Source: Deltaproteobacteria bacterium GWA2_45_12
Lineage (GTDB): Bacteria; UBA10199
DNA: 64,000 nt
Assembly: GCA_001797365.1 (NCBI GenBank)
Contig: MGPH01000028.1
Span: 5,687 to 69,686, forward strand
Direction of reading: 5' to 3'
Made by a program: the position numbers and the translations under genes. Of the stretch, positions 1 through 7,646 are shown piece by piece (within the stretch, counting starts at the first letter, position 1; the number at the start of each line of letters is the position of its first letter). Under the pieces are notes generated by a model that saw nothing but the letters and a program-made list of their open reading frames with translations, searched no databases and was not told the origin of the DNA.

Positions 1-1
1 T

Positions 2-199
2 GACTTAAGAAAATTGCCATCCCATGTTAGCTATGAAATTGTGGCCAAGGGCCAAATCTTGATGTGCCGTGATGAAAAAGAGCGGATTGAATTTTCTTGT
101 CGCGTGCTTCGGGAGTATTTCGACATGGAATACTATCGCCAGCGTTATTATAAAAAGATGATGGATCGCATTGAAGGAGGACGCTTTGGTCATCTCTAA
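2..199 (+). CDS. C-terminal part of a minimal nucleotidyltransferase (MntA-type antitoxin), truncated by the window edge
   Basis: Frame is open from base 2 (DLRKLPSHVSYEIVAKGQILMCRDEKERIEF...REYFD), resembling MNT C-termini; it overlaps the start of a DUF86/HEPN gene. Confidence 0.7.
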   Translation, partial: DLRKLPSHVSYEIVAKGQILMCRDEKERIEFSCRVLREYFDMEYYRQRYYKKMMDRIEGGRFGHL

Positions 200-611
200 G
201 ACAGTCATTTTAGAACGGCTCAAAAAATTGGAGCAATGTTTAAAACGCCTGAAAACAATGGCCCAGATTTCAGAGGCTGATTTTCTTGGATCGTGGCGGG
301 ACCAGGACATTGCTGATAGAAACCTGCAATTGGCGGCAGAAGCTGTTTTTGATATTGCCAACCATATTATTTCAGAAAAAGGCTATGAAATGCCGACGAC
401 ATTGGAAGAAACCTTTCCGGTTCTGCAAAAGAACGGCATTCTCTCAGAGAATTTATATCAGAGATTACAGGGGCTGGGACGTTTTCGAAATCTTATTGTG
501 CATGAATATATGACTATCGATTACCACAAGATTTATTCCTATCTTCAGACTCACCTGGTTGATTTTGAAGCATTTGCCGCCGAAATAGGGCAATTCTTGA
601 AAAAATCCTGA
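186..611 (+). CDS. HepT-like HEPN (DUF86) ribonuclease toxin
   Basis: RNLIVHEY fits RX4HXY; DIANHII motif; TTG start at 186 follows AAGGAGG (174-180). Confidence 0.85.
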   Translation: MVISKTVILERLKKLEQCLKRLKTMAQISEADFLGSWRDQDIADRNLQLAAEAVFDIANHIISEKGYEMPTTLEETFPVLQKNGILSENLYQRLQGLGRFRNLIVHEYMTIDYHKIYSYLQTHLVDFEAFAAEIGQFLKKS

Positions 612-617
612 AAATTT

Positions 618-717
618 ATCCTTCGACAAAAACTCGGCCCCTTGGGGCCGAAATAAAATGACGGATAACCCTGAGCGAATCCCGCATTGCGGGATGAGTC
701 GAAGGGTGGCTCAGGAT
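618..717. repeat. Composite nested palindromic element; related copy at 58698-58792
   Basis: atccttcgac...[ggcccc-tt-ggggcc]...acggata-a-ccctgagcga[atcccgcattgcgggat]gagtcgaagggt-gctcaggat. Confidence 0.75.
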
Positions 718-719
718 GA

Positions 720-744
720 AACTCGGGGGCTTGCCCCCGAGTTC
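720..744. terminator. Hairpin between convergent genes, possible bidirectional terminator
   Basis: aactcggggg-cttg-cccccgagtt next to the enoyl-CoA hydratase stop codon. Confidence 0.5.
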
Positions 745-745
745 T

Positions 746-1531
746 TCATTTCCCCACAAAATTCGGAGTGCGTTTTTGACGGATGGCGGCAATGCCTTCT
801 TTAATGTCTTGAGTGGCAAAGCAGGTGGCTTGGGCGGCGGAATCATAAATGAACATTTGCTCCAGGGTTTTGTGCATGGCCATTTGAATGCCTTTTTTGA
901 TAAGCCTTACCGGCACGGGGCCGTTTTGGGCTATTTTGGTGGCGATACTTTTCACATAGTCCATCAAGCTTTCAGCGGCCACTGCATCGTTAAGCAGGCC
1001 ATAGTCAAGGGCCTGTTCCGCTTCAAAAACATTCCCTGTCAAAAGAATTTCAGAAGCCATGGTGGGCCCCACCAGGCGGGTGATGAGATAAGTGCCCCCC
1101 ATGCCGGGGGCCAGGCCAAGGCGGGCAAAATTAGCCCCCAATTTGGCCGTGGTGGCGGCATAGCGAAGGTCGCAGGCCAACGCCAGGCAAAAGCCGGCTC
1201 CCACTGCGGGGCCGTTAATGGCGGCAATCACGGGGATGGGTAGTTTGCGAATTTCAAGAAATGTTTTATAAAAATTCTGTAATTCTTTCTGGTTGGTGGC
1301 TTTTTTCTTCTTGATTTTGGATTCCAGCATTTCAAGATTGCCACCGCTTGAAAAAGCGCGTCCGGCGCCTGTAATAATGACCACGCGAATTTGGGGATCT
1401 GATTTGATCTGTTTTAAAATGGCCCCAAAAGCCTTGCCCATGGTTTCATCCATGGCATTCAAAGTTTCAGGGCGGTTGAAGGTGAGGGTGGCGATATTTT
1501 TTTCAACTTGAAATAAAATGGGTTCGTTCAT
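746..1531 (-). CDS. Enoyl-CoA hydratase/isomerase (crotonase family)
   Basis: LTFNRPETLNAM, TGAGRAFSSGGNL, IAAINGPAVGAG motifs; start moved to MNEPILF because the upstream extension runs through a repeat. Confidence 0.9.
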   Translation of the reverse strand: MNEPILFQVEKNIATLTFNRPETLNAMDETMGKAFGAILKQIKSDPQIRVVIITGAGRAFSSGGNLEMLESKIKKKKATNQKELQNFYKTFLEIRKLPIPVIAAINGPAVGAGFCLALACDLRYAATTAKLGANFARLGLAPGMGGTYLITRLVGPTMASEILLTGNVFEAEQALDYGLLNDAVAAESLMDYVKSIATKIAQNGPVPVRLIKKGIQMAMHKTLEQMFIYDSAAQATCFATQDIKEGIAAIRQKRTPNFVGK

Positions 1532-1572
1532 AGAAGTTGAATCCTCTGAAAGAGTCTCAAATTTTTCCAATT

Positions 1573-1620
1573 CATGGTTCGACAGGCTCACCATGTCCAA
1601 TGTATAGCTTATCGAAGGGT
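1573..1620. repeat. Palindromic element of the tggttcgac-N-gctcaccatgtcc family
   Basis: catggttcgacaggctcaccatgtcc...gcttatcgaagggt; relatives at 33490, 38188 and 62119. Confidence 0.7.
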
Positions 1621-1626
1621 TTAACT

Positions 1627-2277
1627 ATGTCATCTTTTCAATCCCAATTCTTGGGACGAATTTCTTATGCCGAAGCTCTTGGGTTAATGCAAGAATTTAA
1701 AGCGAAGCGGCAGAATAACGAAATAGGGGACCAGATTCTCTTTTTGGAACACCAAGCTGTCGTCACCATGGGAAGAAAACCTTCCGAAAAAGATTTATAT
1801 CTTAAGAAAGAAGAGCTTCTTAAAAAAAATATCGATTTTGTCAAAACAGATCGGGGTGGCAAGCTTACTTACCATGGGCCTGGGCAGTTGGTGATTTATT
1901 TTGTTTTTGATATTCAAAAACGGGGATATTCCATTGAAGAGTGGGTTTGGAATGTGGAGGAAGGGGTCAGAAAGTTTTTGAGCGAGAAGGGAGTTGAGTG
2001 TGAGCGGGATGAGGATAATCCGGGGTTGTGGGTGAGGGCGGCTCACGAACCGCCCCTACAAAAAATTTGCTCCGTAGGATTTCATGTTTCTAAAGGGGTG
2101 ACAACCCATGGTGTGGCCCTGAATCTTGATTGTGATCTAACCCCTTTTGGTTATTTTTTACCGTGTGGTGTTGAAGGCAGAGGAATAACCAGTGTTTTAA
2201 AAGAGACAGGGAAAAAATTGTTCTTGGAAGAAGCCGCAAAAGAAATTGAAGGTATTTATCGGGGGTTGTTTACGTAG
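1627..2277 (+). CDS. lipB: Lipoate-protein ligase B (octanoyltransferase)
   Basis: LEHQAVVTMGR, DRGGKLTYHGPGQLV, KICSVG, TTHGVALN, PCG motifs. Confidence 0.93.
   Translation: MSSFQSQFLGRISYAEALGLMQEFKAKRQNNEIGDQILFLEHQAVVTMGRKPSEKDLYLKKEELLKKNIDFVKTDRGGKLTYHGPGQLVIYFVFDIQKRGYSIEEWVWNVEEGVRKFLSEKGVECERDEDNPGLWVRAAHEPPLQKICSVGFHVSKGVTTHGVALNLDCDLTPFGYFLPCGVEGRGITSVLKETGKKLFLEEAAKEIEGIYRGLFT
2032..2059 (-). repeat. GTAG-type REP inside lipB, in frame
   Basis: gtgagggcggctcacgaaccgcccctac is nearly identical to the intergenic copy at 45349-45376. Confidence 0.8.
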
Positions 2278-2297
2278 GGGCGCCGCTTGCCGCGCCC
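2274..2297 (+). repeat. GTAG-type REP supplying the lipB stop codon
   Basis: gtaggggcgccgcttgccgcgccc, identical to 13104-13127. Confidence 0.85.
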
Positions 2298-2308
2298 CCC
2301 ATGCACCC

Positions 2309-3508
2309 TCACCCCAACCAGATCGATTCCCGTTTTTTAAGGCGTTTGTTGATCATGCTTTGAATGGTCTGTCTTACTTCTTCTGAAAGACGGTTGATAA
2401 GCAAGTCGTCATTTAAACCCTGTTCCCCATATTTTTCGTAGGAAATAGCGGGGGCGTATTGGATGTCCCATTTGGCAGGAAGCGGGATAAGCCCAAAAAG
2501 CCCAAGCCAGGGGAAGGTGGGGGTAAAGGGGATGAAGGGGACCCCAATGGCCTTTGCCAGGGAATTGGATTTGAAAATGACGGGATGAATTTCTTCAGCC
2601 CCGATGACGGCCGTGGGAACGATGGGGCTTTTGGTTTTCATGGCCAGCTTTATGAAGCCACCCCGACCAAAACGCTGAAGTTTATAACGGTTTTTAAAAC
2701 TTTTACCGATTCCCTTGACGCCCTCAGGAAACACAATGACCGCGTGCCCGGCTTTAAGAAGCAATTCGGCATTTTCCGGGCAGGCACGCACCCCACCCAG
2801 CCGATGCATGGCTGTTCCCAGAAAGGGCATGTGATAGGCAAAATCTTCGACCAAAAATCGGGCATCCTCGCGCACGGGGTGGTCATTCATAATGGCTACT
2901 TTAAGCATGGAGCCATCCCAGGGAATGGTTCCTGAATGATTGGCGACAATAAGGGCGGGGCCCTCATCGGGAACATGATGCATATCCCAGGTATTGACCC
3001 GCCAATAGGTTTGATACATGAAATCAAAAAAAGGTTTTACTTTTTCAATCAACCGCCGGTCCATGCCGAAGAGATCCACTTCTTCTTCATATTCCTGGTT
3101 GCCTAAACTCTGGATGACGTTTCGATAAAAATCAAAAGTGAACACCTTCACCAGTTGCGAGGTGAGGTTTTTGACCAATTCAAGACGGTCTTTTTCTTCT
3201 TGTTCCAGTTTTTCTTGAATGGATAGAAAATTGAAGGTTTTCTGAACACGGGCCTCCAATTGTTCGGCAAATTGTTCCAGCTCGCATCGCAATTGCAGTT
3301 CGCCTAGCTTGTGGGAAATTTTTTTGTTGATAAGGGTGCTTAAATCATTGTCTGCCATTTCTATGGATTGGGCTAAACTTTGGGGAAGCGTGTTTAAGCT
3401 TTCATCAAGATTCTTGGCGAGGTTTTCAAAAATGGGTGGAGATTCTTTTCTGTTTTTACCACGATAGAAAGAAAGCACTTTGGGATTTTGTTTTAACGGT
3501 TGTTCCAT
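2309..3508 (-). CDS. Lysophospholipid/glycerol acyltransferase (PlsC-like) with an N-terminal coiled extension
   Basis: VANHSGTIPWD, VFPEGVKG, FGRGGF, PIVPTAVIGAEE motifs. Confidence 0.85.
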   Translation of the reverse strand: MEQPLKQNPKVLSFYRGKNRKESPPIFENLAKNLDESLNTLPQSLAQSIEMADNDLSTLINKKISHKLGELQLRCELEQFAEQLEARVQKTFNFLSIQEKLEQEEKDRLELVKNLTSQLVKVFTFDFYRNVIQSLGNQEYEEEVDLFGMDRRLIEKVKPFFDFMYQTYWRVNTWDMHHVPDEGPALIVANHSGTIPWDGSMLKVAIMNDHPVREDARFLVEDFAYHMPFLGTAMHRLGGVRACPENAELLLKAGHAVIVFPEGVKGIGKSFKNRYKLQRFGRGGFIKLAMKTKSPIVPTAVIGAEEIHPVIFKSNSLAKAIGVPFIPFTPTFPWLGLFGLIPLPAKWDIQYAPAISYEKYGEQGLNDDLLINRLSEEVRQTIQSMINKRLKKRESIWLG

Positions 3509-3513
3509 ATAAT

Positions 3514-3551
3514 ATCCCCCTTTATCCCGCTACGCGGTGATAAAGGGGGAT
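3514..3551. repeat. CCCCCTTT...AAAGGGGG hairpin carrying an inserted cccgctacgcggtga module
   Basis: atccccctttat-cccgctacgcggtg-ataaagggggat. Confidence 0.75.
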
Positions 3552-3565
3552 GATACGGGGGAAAC

Positions 3566-4585
3566 CTACGCCTCAATCAACTGAATTTCCCGCAATTTTT
3601 CCGCCCCCACAAAACTGATCAGGGCTTCCTTGGAGGAAAAACCTGGGTTGAATTCCAGAATTTTTTTTGCCTTGGAACCGTCAGCCACATACGTATACCG
3701 CAAAAAATCGACATGCGAGCCGGGGGCCGGGGATAAATCGGCGAGCCAGGCCAATTGCACCAGTGTTTTAAAGCCGAATTGGGGCAGTTGAAAATTGACC
3801 CTTCCGCAAATTTTGATGACCCGCGACAAGGGAAGCACCCCATCCCCCACAATATTAAAAATGCCGGGGCAATTTTTTTGAAGAGCCAGCTTGAAAGCCT
3901 TCATCAGGTCTTCTTCATGTAAAAACTGGACAAGGGGGTCAAACCCCAAAATGGTGGTGACAAACAAATTTCTTAAAAAACGGGTTTTATAACTATTAAC
4001 CGTGGGCCCCAAAATGGTGCATGGGCGCAGAATGGTGGCGGTGCATGAGGGATGTTTTTTTGAAAAATTCAAAACTTGTTTTTCTGCATCGATTTTATCG
4101 GTCAAGAAAGGTCCTTGCTGGAATCCTTTTGGCTCATGAACGTCTTCCTGCAAAAAATTCGGGTTTTTGATGGAAGCCCCATAAACATCAGTCGTAGACG
4201 CTAAAATAATTTTTCTAATGCGAGCTTCGGCGCATGCATTAAGGACATACATCGTTCCCACAGAAACAAGTTCATGGGCATACGAAGGATTTTTTGGGGG
4301 CGTTACCGGTAGGGCGCAGTGTAGCAAGGTATCGCATTGTTCCCTTTTAAGGATGTCCGCCAATCGCGCATCGGCTAAAGTTTCGGTGAGATCAAGGTGA
4401 TAGTATTTCGTTTTTTTGGATTCGTAAGCCGCTTCTTTGGTGTCAAGGGCGATCAATTGTTCCACGGAGGGATCTTTTTCCAGCGTATCAAGCAGGCAAG
4501 ATCCGATAAACCCCGCTGATCCCGTAATGGCCACGCGGGAGGAGGTGGTCTTTATTGCTGACGGGTTTTTCTTTTTATCGGCCAT
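3566..4585 (-). CDS. NAD-dependent epimerase/dehydratase (extended SDR)
   Basis: ITGSAGFIG Rossmann motif, STTDVYG, LRPCTILGP, QFLHEED; paired with an acyltransferase. Confidence 0.85.
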   Translation of the reverse strand: MADKKKNPSAIKTTSSRVAITGSAGFIGSCLLDTLEKDPSVEQLIALDTKEAAYESKKTKYYHLDLTETLADARLADILKREQCDTLLHCALPVTPPKNPSYAHELVSVGTMYVLNACAEARIRKIILASTTDVYGASIKNPNFLQEDVHEPKGFQQGPFLTDKIDAEKQVLNFSKKHPSCTATILRPCTILGPTVNSYKTRFLRNLFVTTILGFDPLVQFLHEEDLMKAFKLALQKNCPGIFNIVGDGVLPLSRVIKICGRVNFQLPQFGFKTLVQLAWLADLSPAPGSHVDFLRYTYVADGSKAKKILEFNPGFSSKEALISFVGAEKLREIQLIEA

Positions 4586-4603
4586 GAGGACTAAAACCCT
4601 CTA

Positions 4604-4772
4604 CCCCCTGTTGTCCCCTCCTTCGACAGGCTCAGGACGGCGCTTACAAAGGGGGACAGAAGAATGAGTGAATCCCCTACAAAGAGGGACAGTTTTTAGT
4701 CTCCCCTCCTTTATAAGGAGGGGATTACCCATCATTCTCCCCTCCTTGTTAAGGAGGGGATTAAGGGGAGGT
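4604..4772. repeat. Cluster of CCCCT...AGGGG hairpin repeats, one containing a ccttcgacaggctcagga element
   Basis: gtcccct[ccttcgacaggctcaggacggcg]cttacaaagggggac; ctcccctcctttataaggagggg; ctcccctccttgttaaggagggg. Confidence 0.75.
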
Positions 4773-4786
4773 AGAATTCAAATTTC

Positions 4787-5215
4787 CTAAGTTTCCCATT
4801 TTACTTTTTTATAAAAATAAAAAGTGATCAAAAACATGCTGCCGTCTGAAATAACACCGACAAGATAAGCCAGGGAATAACCCTGCTTGAAGTAAAAAAC
4901 AAAAAAGAAGAAGGTTGAGACGAATTTGGAAATTAAAAAGGGGATGACAAAATCAATATTGCGGCGAATATCTTTTTGGGCCCAATAACAAAGAAAAATA
5001 AGAACCACCATGAGCGACAAGGTTAACGTCAGCCAGAAAAACTCGCTCGGTTCGTTAATCAGGGGAAGTTTGGGAAAAAAACGCGTGGACACTTTATTGA
5101 TGCTTATGAGCAATTGATTCCCAAAGAAAAGAAAAAAGACCCCGGCTGACCCAAGAATAAGCATCCATGTTTGAAGAAGATTTTTAAGGTTTTTTTCGGC
5201 GGGGGTTAATTCCAT
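4787..5215 (-). CDS. Hypothetical membrane protein (about 4 TM helices)
   Basis: 142-aa ORF with four hydrophobic stretches, co-oriented with its neighbours. Confidence 0.7.
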   Translation of the reverse strand: MELTPAEKNLKNLLQTWMLILGSAGVFFLFFGNQLLISINKVSTRFFPKLPLINEPSEFFWLTLTLSLMVVLIFLCYWAQKDIRRNIDFVIPFLISKFVSTFFFFVFYFKQGYSLAYLVGVISDGSMFLITFYFYKKVKWET

Positions 5216-5265
5216 TGGAAATACTTATCTCATAAATAACAGAAGGGGGCAATGCTGGAATTATG

Positions 5266-6120
5266 TTAGCCGACAATCTTCCCCATCCCCACAATCCCAT
5301 GGCATTTGGAATGTGTGGCAACAATAAATTTCGTAGGGGCGAGGTTTCCTCGCCCAAAACTCTTTTTCAATTTTCTCCATTCCTCCGCAATATTTTTTAA
5401 GGGGATGTAAGCCACGCCGTAAACCAATGCGGTGCAAAAAAAGGTGTGGATAGTTGTAGTTGGACCCTGAGCGGAGTGGGCCCTGAGCGGAGTCGAAGGG
5501 TTGAAGGGTCGCAGAACTTTCTTAAAATGTTCCCGAAAATCCCAAGTGCGTGGGGCTTGGGTGTGGGGGCAAATAGTGGGCTCGTCACAATCTAAGGGAC
5601 AGATCCAAGTTGCAAAACTTGTCGCTACAATTCCGGAATCGAAATTTTTTTGGTAGGGGGTGTTAAGGGATTGATTGTAAGGAATGATTTCTGTTTTAAA
5701 TCCTTCTTTCTCCAAGAGCTCTAAAAAAACCTTAAAAAAAACATGGGGGGCAGTGTGGTCGGGAATGAGGATGTCATTCTCATCAACGGTATAAACCCAA
5801 GGGCAAGCCTTGGAAGATTCTCCGCCTAAGGTGGAGGGTTTTGACCCGGCAAGGCGCGTCCCCGAAGCCAACGAGCGTAGGGGATCAAAACCCTGATTAA
5901 GAATATCGACGATAAATTGGGAATAAGATTTTTTAATGATTTGATTCGGATGTTTTTTTTCTGCCAGGGAATTTGGTTTGTCATCAACAAAGAACAGGGA
6001 TTTGAAATCGATAAGCCCTTCTTTTTTGGCCCTGATTAATTTTTGCCCGTAATCGAGCGAGAGTTTGTGGGTGCCGAGGATGTAAATAGAGTGAAGGGAG
6101 AACATTAGCCATTTCCTCAA
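5266..6120 (-). CDS. Uncharacterised Cys/His-motif protein carrying three in-frame palindromic insertions
   Basis: PDHTAPH, SFATWICPLDCDEPTICPHT, ATHSKCHG suggest metal binding; repeat-derived segments at 5333-5355, 5462-5510 and about 5790-5893. Confidence 0.65.
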   Translation of the reverse strand: MRKWLMFSLHSIYILGTHKLSLDYGQKLIRAKKEGLIDFKSLFFVDDKPNSLAEKKHPNQIIKKSYSQFIVDILNQGFDPLRSLASGTRLAGSKPSTLGGESSKACPWVYTVDENDILIPDHTAPHVFFKVFLELLEKEGFKTEIIPYNQSLNTPYQKNFDSGIVATSFATWICPLDCDEPTICPHTQAPRTWDFREHFKKVLRPFNPSTPLRAHSAQGPTTTIHTFFCTALVYGVAYIPLKNIAEEWRKLKKSFGRGNLAPTKFIVATHSKCHGIVGMGKIVG

Positions 6121-6126
6121 ATGACG

Positions 6127-6197
6127 GGCCTTCGACTTCGCTCAGGCATCGGTCTCTAAGCAGAGTGGTCCCCGAGCGGAGTCGAGGGGGCGAAGTG
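6127..6197. repeat. ccttcgacttcgctcagg element plus a self-nested partner copy
   Basis: ggtctctaagcagagt[ggtccccgagcggagtcgagggg]gcgaagtg. Confidence 0.8.
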
Positions 6198-6200
6198 ACA

Positions 6201-7646
6201 TCAACACCCCATCAATAATTCCGTCTCCCCCATTAAATATTTGTCAATCGACTTCGCACATTCCCGCCCTTCGGCGATGGCCCAGACGATGAGGGACTGG
6301 CCGCGCCGGGCGTCTCCTGCGGCAAAGATGCCGGGGACGGAAGACATTTTTGTTTCATCGGTTTTAATGTTGCCACGCGCATCAAGAACTAGGCCTGCTT
6401 CTTCGATGGCGCCTTTTTTTTCAGGCCCGACAAACCCCAAAGCCAAAAGGACAAGATCGGCCTCAAGCGAGAATTCACTTCCGGGGATTTCTTTAAACGA
6501 TGGGCGTTCAGAAGGGGAGGACGGCTTTATCCATTCAAGATGGACGCAATTAATTTTTTTAATGACACCATTTTCTCCTGAAAAGCTTTTGGTCAAAATG
6601 GAATATTCACGAGCCCCCCCTTCGTCGTGGGCCGGTGAAGTTCTGTAAACAAGGGGCCATTGGGGCCAGGGGTTGTCAAAATCACGTTCTTTGGGAGGTT
6701 GGGGCAAAAGTTCAATTTGATGAATCTGTTTGGCCCCTTGACGGTGGGCGGTTCCCAGACAATCAGCTCCTGTATCACCACCCCCAAGGATGATGACGTT
6801 TTTTCCATGGGCGGTAATTTGATTTTCAATTTTTTCTCCGGCATTCACCCGGTTTTGCTGGGTAAGATATTCCATGGCCGGATGAATGCCTTTAAGTTCG
6901 CGTCCGGGAAGGGGCAGATCACGCGCCTGGGTAGAACCCATGCACAGAGCAATGGCATGATAATCTTTTTGAAGAGCTTTAAACGGCATGGTCTTGCCAA
7001 TGGAAACACTTGTTTTGAAAACAACCCCTTCGGCCTCCATTTGCTTGATGCGTTGGTCAATACGCCATTTTTCCATTTTAAAATCGGGGATTCCATAACG
7101 GAGTAAACCCCCAATGCGGTCATCGCGTTCAAAGACAGTCACTTCATGACCCACGCGGGCCAATTGTTGCGCACAGGCAAGGCCGGCCGGGCCTGAGCCC
7201 ACAACAGCTACCTTTTTACTGGTTAATTTTTTTGCAGGCTGGGGTTTGACCCATCCACTTTTAAAAGCATGATCGATAATATTAAACTCGATATATTTAA
7301 TAGTGACGGGCGGTGCGTTAATTCCAAGTACACACGCCCCTTCGCATGGGGCCGGGCACAAGCGGCCGGTGAATTCAGGAAAATTATTGGTGGCATGCAA
7401 ACGGTCGATGGCGTCTTTCCAGCGGTTACGATAAACAAGATCATTCCAATCGGGGATCAAATTACCCAAAGGGCAGCCTTGATGACAAAAGGGGACGCCG
7501 CAGTCCATGCAACGGGCTCCCTGGCGCTTGATGGAGTCTTCCGGGAATTCCTTGTAGATTTCCTTGTAGTCGTGAACCCTTTCCTGAATGGAACGTTCAG
7601 GGGTGCCTTCACGAGGGTATTCCATAAAACCGGTAGGCTTACCCAT
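6201..7646 (-). CDS. gltD: Glutamate synthase small (beta) subunit
   Basis: MGKPTGF start, [40 protein letters not shown]. Confidence 0.97.
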   Translation of the reverse strand: MGKPTGFMEYPREGTPERSIQERVHDYKEIYKEFPEDSIKRQGARCMDCGVPFCHQGCPLGNLIPDWNDLVYRNRWKDAIDRLHATNNFPEFTGRLCPAPCEGACVLGINAPPVTIKYIEFNIIDHAFKSGWVKPQPAKKLTSKKVAVVGSGPAGLACAQQLARVGHEVTVFERDDRIGGLLRYGIPDFKMEKWRIDQRIKQMEAEGVVFKTSVSIGKTMPFKALQKDYHAIALCMGSTQARDLPLPGRELKGIHPAMEYLTQQNRVNAGEKIENQITAHGKNVIILGGGDTGADCLGTAHRQGAKQIHQIELLPQPPKERDFDNPWPQWPLVYRTSPAHDEGGAREYSILTKSFSGENGVIKKINCVHLEWIKPSSPSERPSFKEIPGSEFSLEADLVLLALGFVGPEKKGAIEEAGLVLDARGNIKTDETKMSSVPGIFAAGDARRGQSLIVWAIAEGRECAKSIDKYLMGETELLMGC

